A stretch of DNA of 63,696 nucleotides, counting the filler, from Phoronis australis (Eukaryota; Animalia; Phoronida), in assembly GCA_002633005.1 (NCBI GenBank). It is 7 parts of 7 records of this genome, joined end to end, with 100 filler letters (N's around TTAATTAATTAA, not from the genome) between each part and the next. Parts side by side here need not be neighbours in the genome. Positions count along the whole stretch, not along the records: positions 42,874 to 62,238 come from NMRA01001102.1; positions 62,339 to 63,696 come from NMRA01002184.1; 5 more parts are not named here. One strand, 5' to 3'. Each line of letters begins with the position of its first letter. Position 1 is the stretch's first letter. This document shows positions 51,805 to 63,696 of this stretch, piece after piece. The notes below the pieces were generated by a model, which was given only the letters and a program-made list of their open reading frames with translations, was not told the DNA's origin and did not search any database. The translations under genes were made by a program, and so were the position numbers.

Positions 51805-53619
51805 GTACTAGTGAAATTGCATTTCAGAATCTGTTTGCATGGATGTACACATTGTGATAGAGCGCTTGATGAGTTGGGCAAAAATTCTTCAGTTAGGGGC
51901 ATAATTTGATGAACTAGTGGAATTACATTCTGTCAAATTTCTATAAGCAATCGTTTGGCCAAACAACAAAGAGTAATTGCATTTTCGTTGTCATTTTTTA
52001 ACTTTTCCCAAAAAGGTGAAACTGGATTGAAAACATTTGTAATAACCAGAATCAGAAGATTGACAGTATGGCTGCCTGTACAGATTGTCTGTCTTTTGTT
52101 CGGATTTTTATTGAAAATTCGGAGGTACGAAAGACCAAGCTTTTGTTACGGGAAAATTGTGCATTGTATTTCTTTCTGTTAAGTCTCGAGGTGGCTAGAC
52201 TAACGTCACAGCATTTTTATATATATAGCACGACTTTTAGTCAGCCTGCCAAAACGTAATCTGGATATTTTTGAGAATTTAAGTGAATCATCCAAGCTTC
52301 ACCGTCTATGAACGGTAACCTCTGACATTCAGCATCAATAAGGAATTTGCAAAGACATCAGTTTTTGGCCATAATAGGATAAAAAACAGACATTTGCCGC
52401 ACAAACCATAGTTATAGAACTCAGTGACACTACAGCTATGATGATGAGCTATTTACTATTTCCTGTCTTGTTGCTTATCTCATTTCACTTCACGTATGTA
52501 ATCTGACTGGTATATTGGCACTTGATGTCTTATTGTTCATAACCCGATGATGTCTAATAAATAGATGAAACTTTGAATCAATATCAACTTTTTCATTTGT
52601 GCGGCGATTGTTCGTTTTTTTAATTTTGCAATAGTATGGTCAGGTGACGTAATTGCCAAAAGCTGACTCATGAGAGCGCACTAAGTCTTAAATTTTAGCT
52701 GTAGATGAACGGTAGAATGCCAATTTTTCCCCAACACCGGTAAATAATTTGGTTTACTCAAAGAAGAGCGGTGTAGCTTTTAATGACACTACTTTTGTTT
52801 CAGATTTTCTTTAGTCATTTTACTCACATTGACGCAAAGCTGTAGATTTTGTATACAGCTTTGAACCTAGTCTAGAAAACATCTTGCTGATTGGTAATTT
52901 TTTGTCAGTCCTTGTTATGGATATGAATCCACGCACGGCACACGACAGGATCGGTGGGGAAGTTGTGCAATTGTGTGCCATTGCCGCTGACATTGCTGCA
53001 CCCGTACACGCAACGCAACATTTTAGCCCAGAGATCGACAAGTACAGAACGTCCAAGAAATGGCACTCAGGTGTTATGCAGTGTAGCTTCCGAGTAATTT
53101 CATGGCCACAATGATGTCGTATGAACCACTTTACACTGATTGGTTGAGATTTTTTCTGGGGCGCTCAAAGGGGCTACGAATTATGAGCGGTGTAATTTAC
53201 GTCGCAATTAATTACATTCTGTGGTATGCAACAAGCAAAAACAATATTTTTATCAACAGTACCTGCATTTCTGGTGTCAAAAAGGTGTTTTAGCCACTGG
53301 AGGCCGTCTTCAAAGGGGTGTGAAACATATGCAGCGAATTAGAAGTTTTTTTAAAAAAATTTTTAATGTTAATTTTCTGTGAGTTACATTTAGTTACAAT
53401 TTTTTGTTTTATATGATGATATAGTGGAATGTTTGCAAAGTACAACACACTAACTTTTTTGATAATATCTTTTAAGAAATTTTTGTCAGACAGCTCGATT
53501 TTAGTTGCGTTAGTGTGACGGACGCTCGTGACAGACGTACCCTCTGAATTTCTAATATTAAATTGTTTGTTGTGACTAAGATATAAATTCAAAATGATTC
53601 AAGCTTTTGTAGTATTTAA

Positions 53620-54919
53620 AGGCGAAGGCAACCTTTTTTCATGTCATTTTTAGCAAAAATAAGGTTCGTTGATTATCCCAGACATATTTTTCACTTATTT
53701 ACTGCTTTTCGTAATTTAATTAATTACCCGTCGTCTACTCCGGAAGTGACGTTTTGGGAGGCAAGAATTTCGCGCCAATTTCTTTTCATATAGTCTGTCT
53801 GTGAGAGCAGTCGAGTCAGTCATTGTTCTACCTCGGTTGTGATAAGTTCGGTTGTCGTTTGCTTTTGCTTACGAGTTAGTCAACATGCCACACTGTTGCT
53901 GCATACTGGGGTGTACTCATTATTGTCTCACGTACAGAGGAAGAACTGTCCCACTTCCCGAGTGTCTCGCGACACATTCCCACTGGAGGGTGATCTGAGC
54001 ACCCAAACTGCTTACATCCCGCCGTGTGACTCCCACGCGTCACACCTGGCACCTTCCAAATAGCTCCTATTCAAGTCCACAATAAACTTATCAAACTTAG
54101 GCTCACCGATCTGTTCACTGGATGACGAACTGTCCTCTTCACTGGGTGTCGAACTGGTCCTGTATTCACTCCCACTACTCAACATTGCTGCAGGGCTGCT
54201 TACAGGCTCTGGGCTAGAAACAACAGCACAGGGTGAATCACTGCTAGTTCCCGGAATTGCACGCAATGGGGTACGTTCGGAGGCACGGGTAACAGTAGAT
54301 GAAGTGCCTCCAGTCACTGTATACAGTGGCCGCAGCTCGCGAGGCTTCTCGCTTCAAAAACGCACTTCTCGGGGTTGGCGACAGGGCACTGCCGGGAATC
54401 AACAGCGACGGTATGGTACCCTTCTTCAGGCGTTGTTTCGCAGGGACCTTCATCAACTCAGCGTACATATCTGTCATAATCTGACGGTAGAAAATGCTTG
54501 CCACGCACTCGGTAACCCTCCATTGCTTTGTACACATGAACGAGCTAGCCAAATACGGCGAAGTGTGTCATCCTTCGGAAAGCGACGCAAGGTACCCAAA
54601 GCGCGTGTGAGACGATAATGAGTACATCCTGGCACGCAGCAACAGCGTGGCATGTTGACTGACTTGTAAACAAAAGCAAACAACGACCGAACTTATCACA
54701 AACGAGGTAGAACAATGACTGACTCGACAGCTCTCACAGTCAGACTATAATGAAAAGAGATTGGTGCGAAACTCTTGCCTCCCAAAACGTCACTTCCGGA
54801 GTAGAGGACGAGAAATTAATCAAATTACGAAAAGCTGCAATTAAGTGAAAAATGTGTCTGGGATAATCAACGAACCTTATTTTTGCTAAGAGTAACATGA
54901 AAAAAGGTTGTCTTCGCCT
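53620..54919 (-). mobile_element. Kolobok-type THAP element (copy 2), intronic in the zinc-finger gene
   Basis: TTAA at 53616-53619 and 54920-54923; collinear and highly similar to 9968-11303, with a ~30-bp deletion in the THAP region. Confidence 0.88.
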
Positions 54920-55870
54920 TTAAGATATATTGGTCTTTTGCTACTAATTCAATGTTTTTAAATTAGAATGTACCGATTGACCTTTCTTCACAGGTAGGCC
55001 TATGCTAGGAATATACTCTAGGATTTTAACTTTTCAATACATTTGATTAAAGATATAAAACAACCTCCTAAAATCTTCACTTCCCTTTGAAGATGGTAAT
55101 CCATATAGGTGGAAATGAGAGTGATAATCATTTTGTATTTGACAGCTTTTAGTTATCATGAAAACCTGTTTTTAGGCGTTAAATAGAATACTAATACAAA
55201 ACCAATAAGTAAATGTGAAATTTTGAATTTCCCAAAAGCTAAGCATTTCTGTACAAACACGGGGTACCAACAGACAAGCAATAAGTTCATTAAATTAGCA
55301 TTTTGTTTTATTTACATTTTATGTGGGCCAACTGTCTGATTTTAATAAGTTGAATTCTACTTAGAATAACTAGATGACATCGTACACTGTAATTTTTCTG
55401 CAAGTACTTTTGAAATCGAAAAAGTCCAATGGGCTTAGTTTAAATATGGAGCAACTTCCTCACATAATTTTAAAGCTGCCTTTTAACGTAACTAAACTTA
55501 AGCACTTTTTTGTGACGGACGTATGGCACCATGATATCGAGGAGTTGACCTTTGACCCTAAGATGTGCCAATGGTGAAATGTTAGTTTTTATAAAGTTTG
55601 GCGTTCATGTGATTGCACAAATTTAATAGTATAGGGAAATGCCCATAATAAGCTTTTTTTATGACAATAATTAGCAACACACATGAAAATTGAACTATTT
55701 TTAGGGTCAAGTGGCAAAAAAATGAAAGTTATAGGACAGTCAAATATGGGTCCTGAAATTAGAGAGAATGGGCTTTCAGATGATACCAGAAATGTTAGTG
55801 TAGCCACAATTTTAAGTTTTTTGTCTCAAGGTTGACCAAATGAATTTAAGCCAATGTGTACATTTTGCAG

Positions 55871-56293
55871 TCAACCGAAAATGGTGAAGCGAGTGACAAG
55901 GTTGATGGTGCCCAGTCTGATGTCGACGATAAGGAGAGGAGAAAAACTGCGGACAGCAAGTCTCAGTTCCAACTTGAGAAGTGCTGCAACTCGGTCATCC
56001 CGAAGAAGCGCACGCGACATGTAGAGACCAAACATCTAAAAAGCAGGACAGCAAAGAGGAAAGACATGCTGGGTGAAAGGGGCACAATATATATTGACTT
56101 TGAGTCATCTGACGATGTCTCGGACAAAGAGCCGTCTTTCACTGCCGAGGAGAACCAGGAGAAATCAGTTATATTACAGCCCGGAAGCACGTACTCTATT
56201 CCTGTCTCTTACTACTCTGCACTGCCCTCTAGTGTGGGAGCATTGACATCTTCAACACAAACTTCCGTCATCCCGTCTCGAGCACCGCTGAAA
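55871..56293 (+). CDS. Zinc-finger gene, exon C (low-complexity linker)
   Basis: TTTTGCAG acceptor, 141 open codons STENGEASDK...RAPLK, AAA|GTAAGT donor. Confidence 0.85.
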
Positions 56294-58614
56294 GTAAGTG
56301 AACTGCGGGACTTTCTTGTACAGAACTGGTTTCCATTATTGCCATTTTCAGGAGTGTGTTAACATACAATATTTTTCTCTCACCCCTATCCTTGGAAAAT
56401 GAGAATGTTTTCCATGAAATGAGAAAAAGTAAGGACGTCAATTACTATTTTAGCTCAAATGGGGTCACTAAGAATGCACAATTTGACTTACTCTAAAAGT
56501 TTCCAATTTCAAGATCACAATTGCCGTATTGCATTTCACAAGATGTCAATTTTGTTATGTTGTTTTCCTATTGTTTAGTATGTTGTCATTGTCATTTAAT
56601 ATCGCGTACCGTTTCAATCCCTTAATATCAAAAACACAATGTAAAATCCACATTTTTTGAAATTAAATTGTTCTTTATTTGAAATGACAAATGTTTTAGA
56701 AATAAGTCAAGGCTGTACAGCTTTTTAGCTGTGTCGAACCTCCTTAAGCAAAAAGTTGCTGCAATTTTGAAAAGTAAGTACCAGGTGGAAAACCTTACTC
56801 TTAAGGTTATGTAGGACCTTATTGAGGAACGTTAATTCAAAGTCAATTACCAGGAAAACTAGGTTGTGTCAACTAGCAAGAAGGTACATTCATGGCACAA
56901 ATACCTGTTATAGTCGACTTTAATGAAACCTGATCGTATTTGTTTACGGCACGGTACAATAAAACTAGGCATTAAAAAAATCCTAACTGCGTCTTTGAGA
57001 TATTAAAATTGGATAGTTTCAGTCAAATCCACCGAGCTGTTTTCGAGAAATCCTGTTCCTAAGTTCAAATAAAGTGGATTTGCTGAAGCCGAGGAAAAGT
57101 GGAAAACATCAGGGGTTGTCAACATTTCAAGGTTTTTACTTAAGTATTCAGTAAAAACTTTTCTTCGGTCAATTTGCGGTTAGCGCCCAGTTGCTACAGT
57201 TTCACTGGGCTGCTGGGACATAATCCAGTTGAGTAAACTAATCAAAAGTTAAGTCACCAACATTTTGATTCTACAGCAGTTTTCACTTTCTTTCAGTTTC
57301 AGAATAGTTTTGTTGTTTGTATGAAAAACACCATGACTTCCATCACTAACATTAATACTCTACATCATCACTCATCAGAATGTTTCACTTTTTGACACAC
57401 ATGATGATATCCACGGTAACTTACTGGGGGCAAAGTTTCAAGTTGCCTGTACCCCCCCCAAAAAAAAATGTTATCTTCGTTCCAACAGACCTGGGTTGCT
57501 AGACTCCTTTTCTGTAGAACATTGAGTTTCTTATTTTCCTTAATGACATTGTAATGTTTCCAAGGGCTTGTCTGTATCACTGTTTTAGTAGCAAGTGAAT
57601 CTAATGTGTATTATTACCGTGGCAAGACAAAGTTTGGTGTGATTGACCTGATTTTAATGCACCAGTTGGCCTAAGTTAAGCAATCACGGTACATCAATCA
57701 AAATGTTTATGTGCCAATGGCGTAAGGCATGCTTCTGAAATTATCCTTGCTCATTAAAGTACAAGTCTGGATTTTTGGTGTTTTGAGAAGCAAATATCTT
57801 GCTATGTATGCACTGGTGTAGACTTTCCTTATTCATTGTAACTTGACCTTTTGCAATGCTTGTAACGGCTGAGTCACTTGTTTCATGATCAGTGCCTCAA
57901 TTCTCCCCACACAGCGCATTATAACTCAAACTATTCATCAATTAACGGAGGATATGCTCATTTTGGAACATCGTACCTCTGAAATGGCTTATGGGATACT
58001 TTATGAAACTTTGCGAGACAAAAGGTGTGTCATTAGTTGGTGATACTTAATACATTTGTTCTGTTTAAATGTAGCTCTTATGCATTCTTTAAGGTTATGT
58101 AAGACCCACTGTGTAACACCCTAGCAAAATATTCAAATTTGGCCAACTTTGGAACGTAATATCACAGTAATGGCTGATCGGATTCCTTTGAAACTTTTAG
58201 ATGCCATGCTTTGTGCAGTGTTCTAAACACTTTTAAGAATCACTTTTAAATGTTCCTATTTGCATGAGGTGCTATCCAAAAGAAGTTTAAGATTTTCATG
58301 AAAAAACTCAAAAGTTGCATGAAACAAAAATGAAATGATAATTAAGAAAAATGGTAGCAGCGTTCTTGAGATTTCAACATGAACATTATTTTATGTCAAA
58401 TGAAATTTGGTCATGTAATTGACACCGTTGTTTTGCTACATTTCTTTTTAACTCACTAAATTTTCCTGAAAAGACATTGTCAGGTGACCCAAAAATCAAA
58501 TTCTACAGGACTTATAATTTCGTAAAATATATACTATTACTGAGTTAAGTACTGTAGTTAGATTTGGGCTTGGAAAGAACTCAAAGTTTGTTATTGCTGG
58601 AGGCCATGCTCCAA

Positions 58615-58753
58615 TAGTGGCCACTGTACGCACCAATAGATGGCTTGCCAGAGTGGCCACTTTACACTCCAATAGATGGCTTGCCAGAGTGGCCACTTTA
58701 CGCACCAATGGATGGTGTGTCAGAGTGGCCACATTACACACCAATAGATGGCA
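58615..58753. repeat. 33-bp minisatellite (~4 units)
   Basis: AGTGGCCACTTTACGCACCAATAGATGGCTTGCC-like units. Confidence 0.85.
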
Positions 58754-59197
58754 CCGACTGTCTCAAACAATAATCAGCTGCCAGTTCTTTCCAAGCCCAG
58801 AAACTTTTGATTTCTCATCTGAGTCAAGAAAAAGTTGAGATTCCAAATAACGTACCGTAAATTTAGCCAATTTCAAGATAAAACTTCCAATTTTTCTTAA
58901 GTCCCTTCCAAGAAAGTGATCTTAACTTTCCTCTTAAGTTTGATTATCTTGCCGGATGTGGAAGATTCAAAGTTCGGAAATTGAGACAAATCTTAGACTT
59001 ATGTAGAAAATGAACTGTAGTCAGTGTGTTTGAGTGGGCCCCTGGTTTATAGCTGTTGGTGGTTTGAATCAAAAGTGAGCTTCTCTGACTGGACGTGAGT
59101 CTATAGCCACTTTAAACAGGCTAAGTGCCATTGAATTTTCACTGTGTTGAATGTTCACAGTGGCAGTCATGGTAAAACTTATTTATGTTGTTTTCAG

Positions 59198-59275
59198 GCA
59201 CCTGAAGGAGAACACGTCAAAAACACTGTGGTTAAAAAGCCTATAGTGAACCTGCAAAATGCATCTTCATCAATG
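59198..59275 (+). CDS. Zinc-finger gene, exon D
   Basis: TTTTCAG acceptor, APEGEHVKNTVVKKPIVNLQNASSSM (26 codons), ATG|GTATGT donor; phase 0/0. Confidence 0.7.
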
Positions 59276-60334
59276 GTATGTTAACAATTATCTAGCTTTA
59301 ATGCTCGTTTTTACAGGAATTAAGAAAGGTGAAAATGTCATTGTATAGGGCATATGATAAAGTAGTGCTTATTGTAATAAGCAATTCATTATTCAAAACC
59401 ACACATGTCGATTCAAATTCGCCCATGTTCTTATGGATAACAGAACTCTGTCGGTGGCCATGAAATCACACCTCACAGTTATGTTCCTAGTGCTTAAAGC
59501 ACTACCTAAAGCCCCCAAAGGTGCAAACTTCATATGGTTTTCTTATTGTAGCGTACGTCAGTATAACCTTCTTCGTTTCAACGATGGTTCTGTTCTTGTT
59601 GAAGAAACCTGATAGTGCCTCTGGTCATTGACAGTTTGACAGTGGTGCTGTGTAAAGTCAATTAAGTTTCCTTCATGATCCTTAGACCGTTGCCATGGGA
59701 CATCCTTAGAGTGTTGTCTCGGTCACATACGCCAACTGCACTCCATCCTGGTTATCAGTATGAGCAGGCTATTTTCACCTGATAATTAGAAGCGTTTGGC
59801 GAGTTTTCACGCTGGCACCTGACCGGGGCTCCCAATAATGACCATTTTTCTGCCGCAAACTCATCGGTTTCGCATCGGAAGCTTTATGACTTGAAGCATA
59901 TAATTGTAAACCTGTTGTAAACCTAACTTTGCCATTGAAACTATTTTTTTTATTTTGACCTCTCGCTGAAACGGTCTGTTGTTATTTACAGAAATTAGAA
60001 AAGAATTTTGGGCTTAAGAAGATCGGTTACTTTACTGTTGTCAATTTTATCGTCCATGCATCAAATGGCCGAGGTGTGGAGGTATAAGCTTATTGAGTCT
60101 GGCCTCTAGCAGTATTGAATTTCTGTTCTTCTCAAGTTCACAAATCACTTTTAATCTAAGTAAGGAATAATTGAGGATAGTTTCGTCATGGAAAGTAGAC
60201 AAAATCAGAAGAGAATTTTTTAACTGAACTTTGACATAAAATAACTAAATTTTTTTTGTTAATATGAATTGGGCATTATTACTGTATTTGTCAGAGAAAT
60301 TTGATTGATCTTATTTGTTGATGTTTTTGAACAG

Positions 60335-60467
60335 GAATGCCCTGGTGAACTAGAAGGCAACTCTAAAAAGAGACGTTATCCAACATCAAAGCCATTCAAA
60401 TGTAACCAATGCGATCACTCGTTTAATCAAAGAATTCACCTGAAAAAGCACCTCAGTAAACACACAG
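60335..60467 (+). CDS. Zinc-finger gene, exon E (C2H2)
   Basis: KPFKCNQCDHSFNQRIHLKKHLSKHTG; ACAG acceptor, G|GTCAGT donor. Confidence 0.92.
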
Positions 60468-60958
60468 GTCAGTGTTCTGCAAGTAGAGTGTCACGTCCGT
60501 ATGAAGCAACAAATCATCTTGATAGTGTGATTTCATAGGGGGAAATGGTATTGTGTGTAAGATAAGATGGAATGAACAGAACTTGTACAAAGTTTCGTGG
60601 TAGGTAGTCTTAATTCAGATAATTGAGTTTTGCTGTTTTCAAAGAAAAAGGTCTTGGGCCTGTTGAATCTGACTGTACACAAGTTTTACTGTATTTCGCT
60701 CACCGTTTTGTTCAATTTTCACTGTAGCATATTTATTGCAATCATGTTTAATTAGTGTGATTAAGGTTAGCTGTCGTGTATTTTTGAATATATTAAACAT
60801 TTTCAGTGCCATTTTGTGAAAAAAATGGATTGCAGATACTCTTAGCTAATTTTTCAGGTGTGTACCTGAATTTCATTACAATACTCATACCAATGCAAAA
60901 AAATTAACTCGGTTCAGATTCATGACTGTAGCCTCAACAGTTTACGTTCTTGTGACAG

Positions 60959-61042
60959 GAATAAAACCGTACAAGTGCCAGCAGTGTGACTACTCCACTG
61001 TAGAAAGAAGTCATTTAAAGGTTCACATCAGGATACATACAG
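60959..61042 (+). CDS. Zinc-finger gene, exon F (C2H2), GC donor
   Basis: [29 protein letters not shown]; CAG|GCAAGT. Confidence 0.92.
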
Positions 61043-61242
61043 GCAAGTGAAGAGCGTTGAAGTGACAGGCAGTGACTCTTTAACTGTGATTTCATGAATA
61101 CGGAGTGTTAAAAACCTGTGACTAGTGCCTGTTTAACAATCTTAGTTCTTGAGGAAAGCTTAGATATTTATATGTATATATTATTTAAAGTTTGCGAGTT
61201 TTGGATATGGTACACATTCAGTGCAGAGTTTTGCATTTATAA

Positions 61243-61530
<288 letters not shown>

Positions 61531-61995
61531 GATGTTAGCAGCCGGGAGACCACAGGTGGTTTTTCATGTGATGTTGTATCGACACAAAATATGCAATATT
61601 TCTGGTCATCAAATTGGTGCTCAAATATACATTATAACCTCTCTTCAGTTTCGCAGGAAAAATAATTGGCAACATTGCAACTTTGTGATTGCATTTTAAA
61701 TTTCCAAAATGTAACCTAAGTTTTGTTTGAATATATCGTTACTGAACAGTCCTTGCTACTGATAAGCTAAAATTTTTTAAAGTGTTTCTTTTCGTTGACA
61801 AATTTTATTCGGGCAAAATAAAATTTGACTTATCTGCCATTTTGTGTACTAAATTAAAGAATGCTTACTGTGTTGTGTATACAGTACAAGCCAATAGTAT
61901 TCAGGCAATATGACCCGGAAGTACCCGTCATAGCAGCTTAGTAGAAGCTGAGTTCATTGTCAGAGTAACCATACTGTATTAGAATTTTGATACCC

Positions 61996-62005
61996 TAATA
62001 ATAAT

Positions 62006-62041
<36 letters not shown>

Positions 62042-62053
62042 TATAATAATAAT
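61996..62053. repeat. (TAA)n microsatellite
   Basis: Imperfect TAA run. Confidence 0.9.
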
Positions 62054-62389
62054 TTATTAGATGTCATGACTGGGAAACAGTATTTTGTCTGATTACTTTT
62101 GTGTTGTGCTGTAAACTTTAAAGGAGAATGCCACCCAAAAAACAACCTAATTTGTATCAATTTAGATCGAGTAGTTCCACTCAATAACAGCAAGTACAGT
62201 TCTTTTACCTGACAGGTGATGGCAGACGGAGGTGTTGANNNNNNNNNNNNNNNNNNNNNNNNNNNNNNNNNNNNNNNNNNNNTTAATTAATTAANNNNNN
62301 NNNNNNNNNNNNNNNNNNNNNNNNNNNNNNNNNNNNNNTTAATGGCCATTTAGTTTTTGACATGAAGCTTTTCAATGTTGTCTGGGAGA

Positions 62390-63115
62390 TGAGTGTTTCC
62401 GGATGATATCAAGAGAACCGACTGACAGATTTTGTTAAAACTTGATACAGAGGTATGCGATGTCAATATGCCGCTACCATTTGATTTTTGGATGGATTCG
62501 ACCACTGCAGCACCACACCTCCTAGTGGCTATTTCGGAAAGAACATTTCCTAACATTGAACCGATTGATGGATATTAATGAAACTTGACACAGAGGTATC
62601 TGATGTCAATACGTCATCACCATTAAATTTTTGCGTAGATTCAACTGCTGCAGCACCTCCTAGTGGCCATTTTGTTCTCAAAGGGGTTTCATGTGTTGTT
62701 TAGGGAAAGAGCAATTCTGGATGATAGCTAAAAAAAAAAAAACGATTGACTGATGTCAACAAAACTTGACACCACAGATATATATGAAGTCAATGCGCCG
62801 GACCCTTCATTTTCAGGAAGAATTGTCCACTACACCATTGTGACAAGGAGCTTTTCATGTGTTGTTTGAGGGAAGAGTGTTTCTGGATCATACCAAAGAA
62901 CCGATTGATAGGTTTCAATAAACTTTATATAATTACTAGTTTTAATTATGATAGCCATTTGCCATCTTTTTTTTAGGGGAAATGTGTTTCTAGATTATAT
63001 TTACATATTTGATTGACAGACTTCAATGAGATGTTACTCAGCGGTATATGATGACAGTGCGCTGGCACCATTTGATTTCCAGGATGATTGGATTACTACT
63101 GCACCTTCTAGTGAC
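62390..63115. repeat. Diverged tandem array of ~120-190-bp units
   Basis: Recurrent GAACCGATTGA...AAACTTGA.ACAGAGGTAT..GATGTCAAT...CCATTTGATTT...GCACC.CCTAGTGGC motifs (4-5 times). Confidence 0.6.
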
Positions 63116-63696
63116 ACATATTGTATGCGATGCACTGTGGGCGTATGTTAATGCTCCATGTTTCATTTTCAAAGGCTTCTAACATTCATTGTAAGTTGTG
63201 AATGTCCACAATTATTTTGGTTGTAGCTATTGTTCTGAACTTGAGTGTAGAATAGTATTAATTTGGTGCTACTTATATTTTAAAGAAAAATGAGAAAATG
63301 AAATTTCATATGCTGCTCATATTGAGTCCTAAATTGATTAGATTTTTTTGTAATTCATGTCAAGAGTTGTTGTTTTCAAAGACATGCTGTATAAAGATAA
63401 TTTTAATTACTTAAAATACCGTGTTTACAAATCACTGCTTCTGGCAGTACATGTACATATATTACGTGTAGTAAGTTTTCATACCATTTCTGTGTATATG
63501 GAAGAGGGTATTGATTAAGGAATTGTGGTACATCAGAATGGTGAATATTGTAATTAGAATCTAACCACTAGTACAAAATACTGCGAATGGCTTTCGTAAT
63601 GTCTCCCTTCCTTGCTTGTCTCAGTCATGAAGTCCCCTGGTTTCTTGTATTGACGATCTACACAAGTCGGGCGTGCCCTCCAGTACTCTGCTCTCC

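Overview
AT-rich, repeat-rich genomic DNA from an animal (probably a marine invertebrate; inferred from spliceosomal introns and transposon families), in a draft scaffold with N-gaps, six 100-bp N/TTAATTAATTAA spacers and single-N overlap joins. Host genes: (i) first coding exon of a small heat-shock protein with a poly-His tract (-, 554-850); (ii) a possible small orphan gene (+, ~6951-7555); (iii) the last coding exon of a stomatin/band-7 gene (-, 32084-32366); (iv) a 7-exon, ~425-aa zinc-finger gene (+, 50530-61530) with BCL11-type N-terminal fingers but a different C-terminal C2H2 array, including one GC-AG intron. Mobile DNA: a decayed Penelope-like GIY-YIG fragment with a degenerate minimal hammerhead motif; two copies of a TTAA-flanked Kolobok-type THAP element whose ~310-bp TIRs carry promoter motifs and the start of the transposase gene; a Gmr1-like Ty3/gypsy LTR element (integrase before RT) with 5-bp TSD, tRNA-Arg-like PBS and perfect heat-shock elements in its LTR; a ~3-kb Kolobok-like element; and several MITEs and tandem repeats. 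All calls are from reading the sequence by eye; no searches were run. I found no clearly new multi-gene system; the best leads are listed as findings.
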